From NCBI GenBank assembly GCA_036656055.1, contig JAVVOY010000001.1, positions 33,662 to 97,661 of the forward strand: a DNA stretch of 64,000 bases. Reading direction: 5' to 3'. Made by a program: the position numbers and the translations under genes. The DNA comes from Bacteroidales bacterium (GTDB lineage Bacteria; Bacteroidota; Bacteroidia; Bacteroidales; G3-4614). Of the stretch, positions 50,851 to 60,136 are shown one piece after another. The notes beneath the pieces are model-generated. The model ran no database searches. It was not told the DNA's origin and was given only the letters and a program-made list of their open reading frames with translations. Positions within the stretch are counted from its first letter, which is position 1, and every line of letters starts with the position of its first letter.

Positions 50851-51765
50851 TTAAATTTTAATACCAAGAACTTTGCATATAATAGCCTGACGTGCATAAA
50901 TACCATTCTTTGCTTGTTCAAAATAGTAGGCTTTAGGGTTATCGTCTACATCGTACGCAATTTCATTTACACGTGGCAGCGGGTGAAGGATGCGCAGGTT
51001 TGGTTTTGAATCTGCAAGCATATTGTTATGCAGTGTATATACATCTTTTACCTTTTCGTAAACCATGAGATCGGTAAATCTTTCGCGTTGTACGCGCGTC
51101 ATATAAAGTATATCGGCATTGTTTATAACATCTTCAGTGAATTCATCGTGTTCATAATACTTTATTCCTTTCATATCGCAGAACTTTTTGTAATCGTCCG
51201 GTATTTTAAGTTCTTCAGGTGCGACGAAGTGAAAAGTTGGGTTGAAATGCGACATAGCCATAATTAGCGAGTGTACTGTACGACCGTATTTAAGGTCGCC
51301 TACCATAGTTATGTTAAGCCCATCAAGTTTCCCTTGTGTTTTGTATATGGAGTAGAGATCAAGCATTGTCTGTGACGGGTGCTGATTTGCTCCATCGCCG
51401 GCATTTATTATAGGTTTGCTCGAAACTTCTGAAGCGTATTTTGCTGCACCATCCAGATAATGGCGCATTATAATCAGGTCAACATAATTGCTAACCATCA
51501 TAATAGTGTCTTTCAGTGTTTCGCCTTTTGTGGAGCTTGTGGTAGAAGCATCAGAAAATCCAATAATGCGTCCGCCCAGACGTGTTACGGCAGTTTCAAA
51601 ACTAAGCCTTGTACGAGTTGACGGTTCAAAAAATAGTGTAGCCACCACCTTTTCGTCCAATATTTTACGGTTAGGATTTTCTTCAAAATGTTTGGCGCTC
51701 TCCAGAATTTCCAGAATATCTTCTTTTGTATAATCGGTTATGGAAACTAAACTCTCTTTTCTCAT
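50851..51765 (-). CDS. pyrB: Aspartate carbamoyltransferase catalytic subunit
   Basis: 304 aa. STRTR, HPSQ and HPLPR motifs. Confidence 0.96.
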   Translation of the reverse strand: MRKESLVSITDYTKEDILEILESAKHFEENPNRKILDEKVVATLFFEPSTRTRLSFETAVTRLGGRIIGFSDASTTSSTKGETLKDTIMMVSNYVDLIIMRHYLDGAAKYASEVSSKPIINAGDGANQHPSQTMLDLYSIYKTQGKLDGLNITMVGDLKYGRTVHSLIMAMSHFNPTFHFVAPEELKIPDDYKKFCDMKGIKYYEHDEFTEDVINNADILYMTRVQRERFTDLMVYEKVKDVYTLHNNMLADSKPNLRILHPLPRVNEIAYDVDDNPKAYYFEQAKNGIYARQAIICKVLGIKI

Positions 51766-51822
51766 ATAATGACTATTTTATTGTAATATTTGGCAGTATA
51801 TATCGTACTCTTTCATAAAATT

Positions 51823-51855
51823 GAACCGACATATCCGTTTTAAGGATGTCGGTTC
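51823..51855 (-). terminator. Terminator-like hairpin inside the pyrB 5' leader (candidate attenuator)
   Basis: On the - strand: GAACCGACAU-CCUUAAAACGGAU-AUGUCGGUUC followed by AAUUUUAUG. It lies 58 nt upstream of the pyrB ATG, and no upstream same-strand gene needs terminating. Confidence 0.55.
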
Positions 51856-51941
51856 ATCGCATATAAATCCTTATATATAACCCGTAAAAGATATAAATAG
51901 CTGTAAGTTAACATGTTGTATTTAATCTCAAGGATGATCAT
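51840..51941 (-). promoter_or_regulatory. Candidate 33-codon leader ORF of the pyrBI attenuator
   Basis: ATG 51941-51939. Peptide MIILEIKYNMLTYSYLYLLRVIYKDLYAMNRHP. Its last four sense codons form the 5' arm of the hairpin, and the UAA stop (51842-51840) lies in the hairpin loop. Confidence 0.35.
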
Positions 51942-51950
51942 ATCTACTTA

Positions 51951-51958
51951 CAAAACTA
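51951..51958 (-). promoter_or_regulatory. -7 box (TAGTTTTG on - strand) for pyrBI
   Basis: The + strand reads caaaacta, about 185 nt upstream of the pyrB ATG. Confidence 0.4.
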
Positions 51959-52024
51959 TAAAAAAAAGTATAGATACGGCATCATACAGTAAAAAAAAAT
52001 TATCGGCATCAGAAATAAAAATCG

Positions 52025-52032
52025 TATCTTTG
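52025..52032 (+). promoter_or_regulatory. -7 box TATCTTTG upstream of the PBP1A gene
   Basis: Exact TAnnTTTG match, 89 nt upstream of the ATG at 52121. Confidence 0.5.
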
Positions 52033-52120
52033 AGCCCTCAGAGAAAAAATGGCAAAATACGTATTTATACTGATTCTGTTTTTCTCATATGGTATCAATG
52101 ATTATTGAATATTACTTATA

Positions 52121-54520
52121 ATGGGTAAGCAAGAAGAGAATATTATAAATGACGTTAAAAAGAGACGTGAAAATAGGATAATACGAATAATGTGGAAGGG
52201 ATTTGCAGCAATAATTATTATTGCTGTGCTCATGTTGTTTCTTATCTCAAAAGGGTGTATTGGTTATATGCCTCCTGTTGAGGAGCTCGAAAATCCTAAA
52301 GATAAATTTGCTTCAGAGATATTTTCGTCTGATATGAAGGTGCTCGGTAATTATTACCAGAGTCAGGGCAACAGGGTTTACGTTGACTATCAAGACATAT
52401 CCCCAAATCTTGTAAACGCTTTGATCTCTACCGAAGATGAACGTTTTTACCAACATTCAGGGATAGATTTTATGGCAATTGGTAGAGCTGTGTTCAAACG
52501 TATGTTGCTTATGGGAAAAAGTGCCGGAGGTGGTAGTACCATAACACAACAGTTAGCAAAACAGCTTTTTTCGCCAAGTGTCGAAAATAAACTTGAGCGT
52601 CTTTTCCAAAAACCCATAGAGTGGGTTATTGCCTTGCAGCTTGAGCGTTTCTATACAAAAGAGGAGATAATAAAGATGTATCTTAACAAGTTCGATTTCC
52701 TCTATAATGCTGTTGGAGTGCAGTCGGCTGCTGCTGTTTATTTCAGTACTACCCCTGATAAACTCACGATAGAGGAGTCTGCAATGCTTATAGGTATGTG
52801 TAAGAATCCCTCTTACTTTAACCCTATCCGTCATCCTGAACGTACACTTGGTCGCCGTAACACTGTCCTTCAGCAGATGTACAAGGCTGATTATATAACA
52901 AAGCAAGAGCGGGATTCACTTCAACAGTTGCCGCTTAATATAAAGTTTAGTAGGGCCGATCATAAAGAGGGGCTTGCACCGTATTTCAGGGAGAAACTTC
53001 GTATTATGCTTATCGCAAAAAAACCGCATCGCAGCGATTATCGCGGATGGCAGCATCAACAGTATGTTGATGACTCCATAGCGTGGGCTACAAACCCTCT
53101 TTACGGTTGGTGTGATAAGACGCGTAAACCTGATGGTTCTAAGTATAACATCTATACCGATGGGTTGAAGATATACACAACGATTGATTCGCGTATGCAG
53201 CGATATGCTGAAGATGCCGTAGAGGAGCATATGCTTGGTGTTTTGCAGCCGCAATTTTTTGCTGAGCTTAAGAATAAGAAAAATGCCCCTTTCTCATCAT
53301 CAGTATCTCAAGATGAGATAAACAGAATGCTTGAAAGGGCAAAGAAACAAAGCGATCGTTATCGACGTATGAAACAGGACGGTGTCGGAGAAGAGGAGAT
53401 AACGCGAGCATTCAACAAACGTTTAGACATGCAGGTTTACACGCTTCACGGTATTGTGGATACGATTATGACTCCGATGGATTCTATCCGTTACTATAAG
53501 TCGTTTCTTCATGCCGGTTTCATGGTTACAAATTCAAAGAATGGACACGTTAAGGCTTATGTTGGTGGCGTAGATTTCAATCAGTTTCAGTACGATATGG
53601 TTTCAGTAGGGCGTCGTCAGGTTGGATCTACGATAAAGCCGTTTTTATATACATTGGCGATGGAGGAGGGATTCACTCCCTGTGATCTTGCTCCAAATGT
53701 TCAACCTCATATTGTAGACCCGTCTACCGGTAACGTCTGGTCACCGCGTAACGCATCAAACAAGCGAGTAGGGGAGATGGTTACATTACGTTGGGGATTA
53801 GCAACATCAAATAACTGGATATCAGCATGGCTTATGTCGCAGTTATCCCCATCGGCACTTGCAAGGCTTATGCACTCGTTCGGAATAAGAAATTACATTG
53901 ATCCGGTTATGGCACTCTGCCTTGGTCCGGCTGAAGTATCTGTGGAGGAGATGGTTACGGCTTATACTGCATTTTCCAACAAAGGAATACGTGTAGATCC
54001 TATTTATGTTACACGCATTGAAGATAATTTCGGGAATATTATATCCACCTTTACACCACGTATGACAGAGGTAGTAAGCGAGCGGGCTTATTACAGAATA
54101 CTCTCGCTGTTGCAGGATGTGGTAAATTATGGAACAGGAGCGCGTATTCGTTTTCGATACAATATAACGGCTCCTATGGGTGGTAAAACAGGGACAACTA
54201 ATAATAATTCTGACGGATGGTTTATGGCTTTCACTCCGCAGCTTGCAGCAGGAGTATGGGTCGGAGGAGAAGACCGTTCTATACATTTCGACCGTATGGC
54301 AATGGGTCAGGGAGCATCAATGGCGCTTCCTATATACGGATTATTTATACAGAAGGTATATAGTGATCCAACGCTTGGTTATACGCAAACCGAAAATTTC
54401 ACTGTTCCTACTGAATACGCTAATCCCTGTCAAGCAGACGTAGGCGGAGTAGTTAGGCAGCAGCAGCAGGGGCGTACTTCAGTACAACCGGATGAAATTG
54501 TTGAAGGAATCTTTGATTAA
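52121..54520 (+). CDS. mrcA: Penicillin-binding protein 1A (bifunctional transglycosylase/transpeptidase)
   Basis: 799 aa. N-terminal TM, GT51 motifs (STEDERFYQHSGID, GGSTITQQLAK), and transpeptidase motifs STIKP and KTGTT. Confidence 0.92.
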   Translation: MGKQEENIINDVKKRRENRIIRIMWKGFAAIIIIAVLMLFLISKGCIGYMPPVEELENPKDKFASEIFSSDMKVLGNYYQSQGNRVYVDYQDISPNLVNALISTEDERFYQHSGIDFMAIGRAVFKRMLLMGKSAGGGSTITQQLAKQLFSPSVENKLERLFQKPIEWVIALQLERFYTKEEIIKMYLNKFDFLYNAVGVQSAAAVYFSTTPDKLTIEESAMLIGMCKNPSYFNPIRHPERTLGRRNTVLQQMYKADYITKQERDSLQQLPLNIKFSRADHKEGLAPYFREKLRIMLIAKKPHRSDYRGWQHQQYVDDSIAWATNPLYGWCDKTRKPDGSKYNIYTDGLKIYTTIDSRMQRYAEDAVEEHMLGVLQPQFFAELKNKKNAPFSSSVSQDEINRMLERAKKQSDRYRRMKQDGVGEEEITRAFNKRLDMQVYTLHGIVDTIMTPMDSIRYYKSFLHAGFMVTNSKNGHVKAYVGGVDFNQFQYDMVSVGRRQVGSTIKPFLYTLAMEEGFTPCDLAPNVQPHIVDPSTGNVWSPRNASNKRVGEMVTLRWGLATSNNWISAWLMSQLSPSALARLMHSFGIRNYIDPVMALCLGPAEVSVEEMVTAYTAFSNKGIRVDPIYVTRIEDNFGNIISTFTPRMTEVVSERAYYRILSLLQDVVNYGTGARIRFRYNITAPMGGKTGTTNNNSDGWFMAFTPQLAAGVWVGGEDRSIHFDRMAMGQGASMALPIYGLFIQKVYSDPTLGYTQTENFTVPTEYANPCQADVGGVVRQQQQGRTSVQPDEIVEGIFD

Positions 54521-54550
54521 GGTTCGCCTATTATAAGATGTTCAGCAGTT

Positions 54551-55060
54551 TTAAAGTGATAATATTGTTGACAGACGCGAAAACTCGCTTTCGAAATTAG
54601 GTGTAAATATTCCCTTACCGATAGATTCTCTTATTTGGCTTATACTCCAGAAACGCCCTTCGTCAACTTCATCCATATCAGGGGTTATTACTCCGTTATA
54701 TATGGTTCGGTAGCTTGTTACGAGTTCTTTTTCTATTTTTGATTCAAACACATATCTGAAGCAGAATATATATTTAAATAGAGTTATCCCTAACTCTTCA
54801 GATGTCTCTCTTTTGAGAGCCGTCTCCGTATCTTCTCCATAATCAATATGTCCACCTACTGCCGTATCCCATTTATCGGGTTGTATGTCTTTTGTCTTAG
54901 AACGTTTTTGCAGATACAGTTCACCTTTGTCGTTAAATATATGGAGGTGAACAACAGGATGCAATGGCTTGGCACCGCTGTGGCAAAATGCGCGAGTGGA
55001 TTTGCCTATTACTGTGCCCGATTCATCCACAATCGGAAATATTTCATTGTCATTTGTCAT
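54551..55060 (-). CDS. NUDIX hydrolase
   Basis: 169 aa with the Nudix box GGHIDYGEDTETALKRETSEELGI. Confidence 0.85.
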   Translation of the reverse strand: MTNDNEIFPIVDESGTVIGKSTRAFCHSGAKPLHPVVHLHIFNDKGELYLQKRSKTKDIQPDKWDTAVGGHIDYGEDTETALKRETSEELGITLFKYIFCFRYVFESKIEKELVTSYRTIYNGVITPDMDEVDEGRFWSISQIRESIGKGIFTPNFESEFSRLSTILSL

Positions 55061-55079
55061 TGTTCAGTCAGAAAATTAT

Positions 55080-57131
55080 TTAATCATTGCCGTTATAACT
55101 TTTTGCAGCCTTCTGTAATGTTTGTATAGAGGCATTGGAAGGACAATCGGCAAAAGTAATTTTGAATTTACATCCGTTTTTCCACTCCGAGCAGCCGTAA
55201 GCTGTGTTCCCTTTTATAATTGTTCCATTTTTGCATATAGGGCATTTTACTATTTTAGGCTTCTCTTTATCGGTCTTGGATGTTGTCCGTTTTTGTTTAG
55301 GTTTATCCTCTATTATTTCTTCCTGCTTTGTCTCTTCTATCGTGATTTTTTTATAGGCTTCATTCTTTACGCGCCCTACAATTTCATTTACCATTAGTTT
55401 AAGTTCATCTATAAAATCGCTTCCGGAGTATTCGTTGCGCTCTATTTTCCGAAGTTTATTTTCCCATATTCCGGTTAGTTCGGCTGATTTCAGGAGTTCA
55501 TCGCCTATTGTTCCGATAAGTTCAATGCCGGTTGCTGTCGCTATAAGGTTTTTACGTTCCTTCCGTATATAATTACGCTTGTACAGAGTCTCAATTATCG
55601 CTGCTCTGGTTGAAGGACGTCCTATGCCGTTCTCTTTTAACGCATCTCTCACCTCTTCGTTGTCTACCGATTTACCGGCTGTCTCCATCGCTCTCAGGAG
55701 TGTAGCCTCGGTGTATGATTTTGGCGGCTGTGTCATCTTTTCTGACAGGAGAGGGGTGTGTTCTCCACTCTCCCCCTCAGTAAATGTCGGCAGAGTACGT
55801 TCTTCCTCCTCCTCTTTCTCTTCGTCAGAAGACTTAATTTTATCGAAAACTTCGCGCCATCCTGCCTCAAGTATCTCTTTACCGGATACTTTAAAATCAA
55901 TTCCGTTGGATTCTCCGGTAACCGTTGTAGACGAAAATTTGCAGTCGGGAAAGAATGCGGCAATGAACCGCCTTGCAACTAAATCGTAAACCTTGCTTTC
56001 GTTGGCTGTAAGATTTGTCGCTGATACATTTGTTGGTATTATTGCATGGTGATCGGTAACTTTGGTGTTATCAAATACTTTTTTTGACTTGGGTAATTTC
56101 TTCCCATTCAGTTTAGATGCTGTCGCCAAATAATCTGCGCTACGGGATAATTGTGCCATTATCTCCGGAATTTTAGGATATATATCTTCGCTGAGGAAAG
56201 TGGTATCTACTCTTGGGTATGTGGTGTATTTTTTTTCATAAAGAGACTGAATTGTCTTTAGTGTTTCATCTGCTGAGAGTGCAAATTTTTTGTTGCACTC
56301 AACTTGTAGTGAAGTAAGGTCTAATAATCTTGGAGGAGATTCTTTTCCCTGCTTTTTTACCGTGCCGGTAATGGTGAATGTTTGACCGGTTATTGTTTCA
56401 AGTAGTTTATTACCATCTTCAACACAGTCAAAACGCCCTTTAGCTGCCGAAAATGTTGTATCGCGGTAGACAGTCTTAAGTTCCCAGTATGGTTTTGGAA
56501 TAAAATCGGCAATCTCAAGTTGCCTCTTTACTATAAGGGCAAGCGTTGGCGTTTGTACCCGTCCGATAGAAAGTACTTGCCTGTTTTGTCCATATTTTAC
56601 TGTATATAAACGGGTGGCATTTATTCCTAATAGCCAATCGCCTATGGCACGGGAAAGACCTGCTTCATATAGTTTGTCAAAACACGATTGATCTTTTAGT
56701 GTTTTGAATCCTTCGCGGATTGACTCCTCTGTAAGAGATGATATCCAGAGCCTTTCTACGGGACATTTGCATCCGGCTTTCTGCATTACCCACCTTTGTA
56801 TTAGTTCTCCTTCTTGCCCGGCATCACCGCAGTTTATTATACACTCGGCAGATGATATTAGTTTCTCTATGACTGCGAACTGCTTCTCCACCCCTTTGTT
56901 CCCGATTAATTTTATTCCGAACTTTGGCGGTATCATAGGGAGTGATGCGAGATGCCAACTTTTCCAACTGTCGGTATATTCGTGCGGTTCCTTTAGTGTG
57001 CACAGATGCCCGAAGGTCCATGTAACGCAATATCCGTTTCCCTCAAAATATCCGTCATGTCTTACTTTGGCGCCTATTATTTCGGCTATCTCCTTTGCAA
57101 CGCTTGGCTTTTCGGCAATGCAGACCTTCAT
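55080..57131 (-). CDS. topB: DNA topoisomerase III
   Basis: 683 aa. Toprim N-terminus (KVCIAEKPSVAKEIA), type IA core, an acidic linker, and a C-terminal zinc ribbon (CPICKNG...YGCSEWKNGCKF). Confidence 0.92.
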   Translation of the reverse strand: MKVCIAEKPSVAKEIAEIIGAKVRHDGYFEGNGYCVTWTFGHLCTLKEPHEYTDSWKSWHLASLPMIPPKFGIKLIGNKGVEKQFAVIEKLISSAECIINCGDAGQEGELIQRWVMQKAGCKCPVERLWISSLTEESIREGFKTLKDQSCFDKLYEAGLSRAIGDWLLGINATRLYTVKYGQNRQVLSIGRVQTPTLALIVKRQLEIADFIPKPYWELKTVYRDTTFSAAKGRFDCVEDGNKLLETITGQTFTITGTVKKQGKESPPRLLDLTSLQVECNKKFALSADETLKTIQSLYEKKYTTYPRVDTTFLSEDIYPKIPEIMAQLSRSADYLATASKLNGKKLPKSKKVFDNTKVTDHHAIIPTNVSATNLTANESKVYDLVARRFIAAFFPDCKFSSTTVTGESNGIDFKVSGKEILEAGWREVFDKIKSSDEEKEEEEERTLPTFTEGESGEHTPLLSEKMTQPPKSYTEATLLRAMETAGKSVDNEEVRDALKENGIGRPSTRAAIIETLYKRNYIRKERKNLIATATGIELIGTIGDELLKSAELTGIWENKLRKIERNEYSGSDFIDELKLMVNEIVGRVKNEAYKKITIEETKQEEIIEDKPKQKRTTSKTDKEKPKIVKCPICKNGTIIKGNTAYGCSEWKNGCKFKITFADCPSNASIQTLQKAAKSYNGND

Positions 57132-57132
57132 A

Positions 57133-57753
57133 TTATTTATTCTCTCCTTTCAAAGTAGGTAATGCCCAATGAAATTTTACGGCAGCAAAACGAGTAAGTA
57201 TAACTCCTGCAGCGGCAGCCGATTGTGTGATTGTATCTGTTATGCCTAATTCTGCCGCTAACCAGTATATTGTGCCACCTATAATGCATGCCGAAGCATA
57301 AATATCTTTTCTAAATATCAGCGGCTCTTCATTTACGAGTATATCGCGCAAGATACCTCCGAAAGCACCGGTAAGTGTCCCCATTATTATTGCAACCCAG
57401 AATGGATAATCCAAGGCAATTGTTTTTTGCATCCCAACTACTACAAAAAGTGCCAGTCCTATTGTGTCAAATATAAAGAATGTATTTTCGAGGCGTGAAA
57501 GATATTTTCCCAGTATTATTACTAAAGCCAAAGATATTCCGGTAACGATAAGATATATAGGATCAAGCATCCAGAACGGTGTGATATCTAGCATTAGATC
57601 ACGTATCGTTCCTCCACCTATGGCAGTTACAAGTCCTACTACGTATGCTCCAAACAAGTCAAACCGCTTATTTGCAGCTGTTCTTATACCGCTTACGGCA
57701 AAAGCAAAAGTTCCTATAATTTCTATTACAAATAGGAATGTGCTGTTTCCCAT
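57133..57753 (-). CDS. Trimeric intracellular cation channel family protein (UPF0126/YadS-like)
   Basis: 206 aa with two repeats of the GGGxxRD motif (GGGTIRDLM, FGGILRDIL). A -7 box caaagata lies at 57779-57786. Confidence 0.8.
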   Translation of the reverse strand: MGNSTFLFVIEIIGTFAFAVSGIRTAANKRFDLFGAYVVGLVTAIGGGTIRDLMLDITPFWMLDPIYLIVTGISLALVIILGKYLSRLENTFFIFDTIGLALFVVVGMQKTIALDYPFWVAIIMGTLTGAFGGILRDILVNEEPLIFRKDIYASACIIGGTIYWLAAELGITDTITQSAAAAGVILTRFAAVKFHWALPTLKGENK

Positions 57754-58101
57754 ATATTATCTGTTTTTTTCAGGTTAGCAAAGATAAATAAGAAATTTGA
57801 GATATGAAGAAAGAAAACAAACAGACTCTTATCTGTTGATCAATATTTTTGAGTTAGGGGCAATTACAGTTAATAATATTTTTTCAATGTATTACAAGAA
57901 ACGATAATTTAAAGTTCTTATTTAAACCTAATTATTTAATTTGTTTCACGTCAATATAAGATGATTTAAATGCTAATTATAGAGTTATTTATTGTTAACT
58001 TAACGCAATATTTGACGATTATAAGATAATAATGCTTACCTTACAAAAAAAGAGAAAACAGGGTTGTATTTTTAATATTACCCAATTAAAATAAAAGTAT
58101 T

Positions 58102-58239
58102 ATGAAAGGTAAAGAGACAAAAAAAGAGTCTAAAAAGGAAAAATCGAGTACGCCATCAATTAAAGGACAAAGTGATTACCAAAAAGATAAGGGGTGTAAG
58201 TCGGTCCCGTCTTTAGTCGTAAATAAACCAAAAAAATAG
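58102..58239 (+). CDS. Possible small lysine-rich protein (45 aa)
   Basis: ATG...TAG ORF below the track cutoff: MKGKETKKESKKEKSSTPSIKGQSDYQKDKGCKSVPSLVVNKPKK. It lies in an otherwise empty 650-bp gap and is followed by a strong hairpin. There is no further support. Confidence 0.2.
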   Translation: MKGKETKKESKKEKSSTPSIKGQSDYQKDKGCKSVPSLVVNKPKK

Positions 58240-58362
58240 TACTCCGTAAAAACAGAGTAATATATTTTGTCGCGTGCTTATAATGTTTTTGGTATTGCTA
58301 AATTAATGGAGACGAGATTGTTTTAGCTGCTCTTCTGAAATAAGTTTATACTAATTATTCTT

Positions 58363-58401
58363 TATCCGCTTTTTATATGTCCTTCATATAAAAAGCGGAT
58401 A
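58363..58401 (+). terminator. Perfect 17-bp hairpin upstream of the GHL10 gene
   Basis: tatccgctttttatatg-tcctt-catataaaaagcggata followed by gtatttctg. Confidence 0.5.
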
Positions 58402-58457
58402 GTATTTCTGTGATAATTTTAAAAAAAAGCAGTATCTTCGTGAACAAAATATTTTAT

Positions 58458-60113
58458 ATGTCAAGAGTATCCTGTCTGCTTATAATTGCTTTGATAATTT
58501 TGTTTAATGTCGGACAGTATGTTTATGCTGAAAATCCCAAATATGAGATACGTGCCGTATGGCTGACAACTAATTATGGGCTCGACTGGCCTAAAAGACC
58601 GGCAACTACGCCATTGGCTGCCGAGAGACAAAAGCAGGATCTTTGTCGGTTGCTTGATATTGCAAAAGAGATAAATCTAAATACTGTATTCTTTCAGGCA
58701 AGGCTTAGAAGCGATGTCCTGTACAATTCTAAATACGAACCGTACAATTCAGTAATGACCGGTACACGCAGCAAAACTCCGCTGTACGATCCGTTGGCAT
58801 TTGTTGTTGAGGAGTGTCATAAGCGCGGTTTGCAATGCCACGCATGGCTTGTATGTATGAATGTTGGTAAAGTTGATGTTGTTAAAAAACAGGGTAATGC
58901 CAGTCTTCCTTCAAAATATCCGGATATGTGTATTCAATACAAAGGGGAGTGGTATCTTAATCCGGGAGAGCCACAAACGTGCAATTATCTTGTAGATATA
59001 GTTAAAGAGGTAATTGAAAATTATAATGTAGATGGGATACATCTAGACTATATCCGTTATCCTGACCGTGCCGCAGATTTTCCTGACCGTGCATTTTATA
59101 ATAGATATTCATCCGGTGGAGAGAGTCTTGCAACGTGGAGAATAAATAATATAAATCGTATTGTATACGGAATTTACGATGCTGTAAAACAGTACGACCC
59201 GCATATACAGGTTAGTAGCGCCGTGCTTGGTAAGCGCAATCGGCTGCCTAAATTTTCATCTTTTGGGTGGAGTGGCATTGAGGCTGCTTATCAGGATGCT
59301 GCTGCGTGGCTTAAAAATGGACGGCATGACTTTGTAGCCCCGATGCTTTATTATTCCGACCGCTCATTCTACCCCTTTCTTAAAGACTGGATTGCAAATA
59401 GTAACGGATGTCCCATCGTTGCAGGTTTAGGCGCATATCGGCTGCTTGGTAGCGAAGGAAATTGGAGTTTGTCGGATTTTATGCCACAAATATATATCGG
59501 GCGCAATTTTGGAGCCTCTGGCACGGCATTTTATCGTATGCAACAATTGTCGGAGAATACTAAATGTCTCTCCATGATATTGCAATCTGAAACTTACAAT
59601 ACCCCTGCATTGTTCCCTCCTATGAAAAATTCATTGGGTAAAACGTTGCCTCCCCCTTATAACCTGAGGGTCTCCTGCCGTGGCAATATGCAGACTATTT
59701 TATGGGAAGAGGTGAAAGGGGCAAAATACTATACTATCTATGCCTCTGAAACGTTCCCGGTAAATACCAAATCAGCTGCTAATATAATAGAACCGCGTTT
59801 TTGCGGGAACAGTTATAAGACAGGGTTTCGACCGCTCTACTACGCCGTTACGGCAACAGATGGGTTTTATCGTGAGACATCAGCCGTGCAGCAACAATTG
59901 CCGTTACTTCACTTTAATGAGGGAGAGCATATAAAATTACCATCGGACAAACTCTCTCCATGTGACAGTGTTATTATTTACAACTCTTTTAATATTCCGG
60001 TTTATGATGGAGATTGTATCAACGATATTATCACTCCGTTAAAAAGTGGAGTTTACTCTCTTAGACTTATTTATAAAGATAAAGTTGTAATATACCCATT
60101 AGTAATAAAATAA
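58458..60113 (+). CDS. Glycosyl hydrolase-like 10 (GHL10/DUF187, YngK-like) family protein with a C-terminal Fn3-like domain
   Basis: The track start at 58410 is GTG, so I trimmed to the ATG at 58458, which gives a signal peptide. EIRAVWLTT...LNTVFFQAR...DPLAFVVEECHKRGLQCHAWL...DGIHLDYIRYP. Confidence 0.8.
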   Translation: MSRVSCLLIIALIILFNVGQYVYAENPKYEIRAVWLTTNYGLDWPKRPATTPLAAERQKQDLCRLLDIAKEINLNTVFFQARLRSDVLYNSKYEPYNSVMTGTRSKTPLYDPLAFVVEECHKRGLQCHAWLVCMNVGKVDVVKKQGNASLPSKYPDMCIQYKGEWYLNPGEPQTCNYLVDIVKEVIENYNVDGIHLDYIRYPDRAADFPDRAFYNRYSSGGESLATWRINNINRIVYGIYDAVKQYDPHIQVSSAVLGKRNRLPKFSSFGWSGIEAAYQDAAAWLKNGRHDFVAPMLYYSDRSFYPFLKDWIANSNGCPIVAGLGAYRLLGSEGNWSLSDFMPQIYIGRNFGASGTAFYRMQQLSENTKCLSMILQSETYNTPALFPPMKNSLGKTLPPPYNLRVSCRGNMQTILWEEVKGAKYYTIYASETFPVNTKSAANIIEPRFCGNSYKTGFRPLYYAVTATDGFYRETSAVQQQLPLLHFNEGEHIKLPSDKLSPCDSVIIYNSFNIPVYDGDCINDIITPLKSGVYSLRLIYKDKVVIYPLVIK

Positions 60114-60136
60114 ATTTACCAATAATTATATAGCAG

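Noticed and set aside
51913-52101. A 62-aa + strand ORF in the pyrB/PBP1A intergenic region.
   Set aside because: It is a Lys/Ser/Ile-rich low-complexity translation of AT-rich DNA. It spans the predicted -7 boxes of both divergent promoters, and it has no signal or motif.
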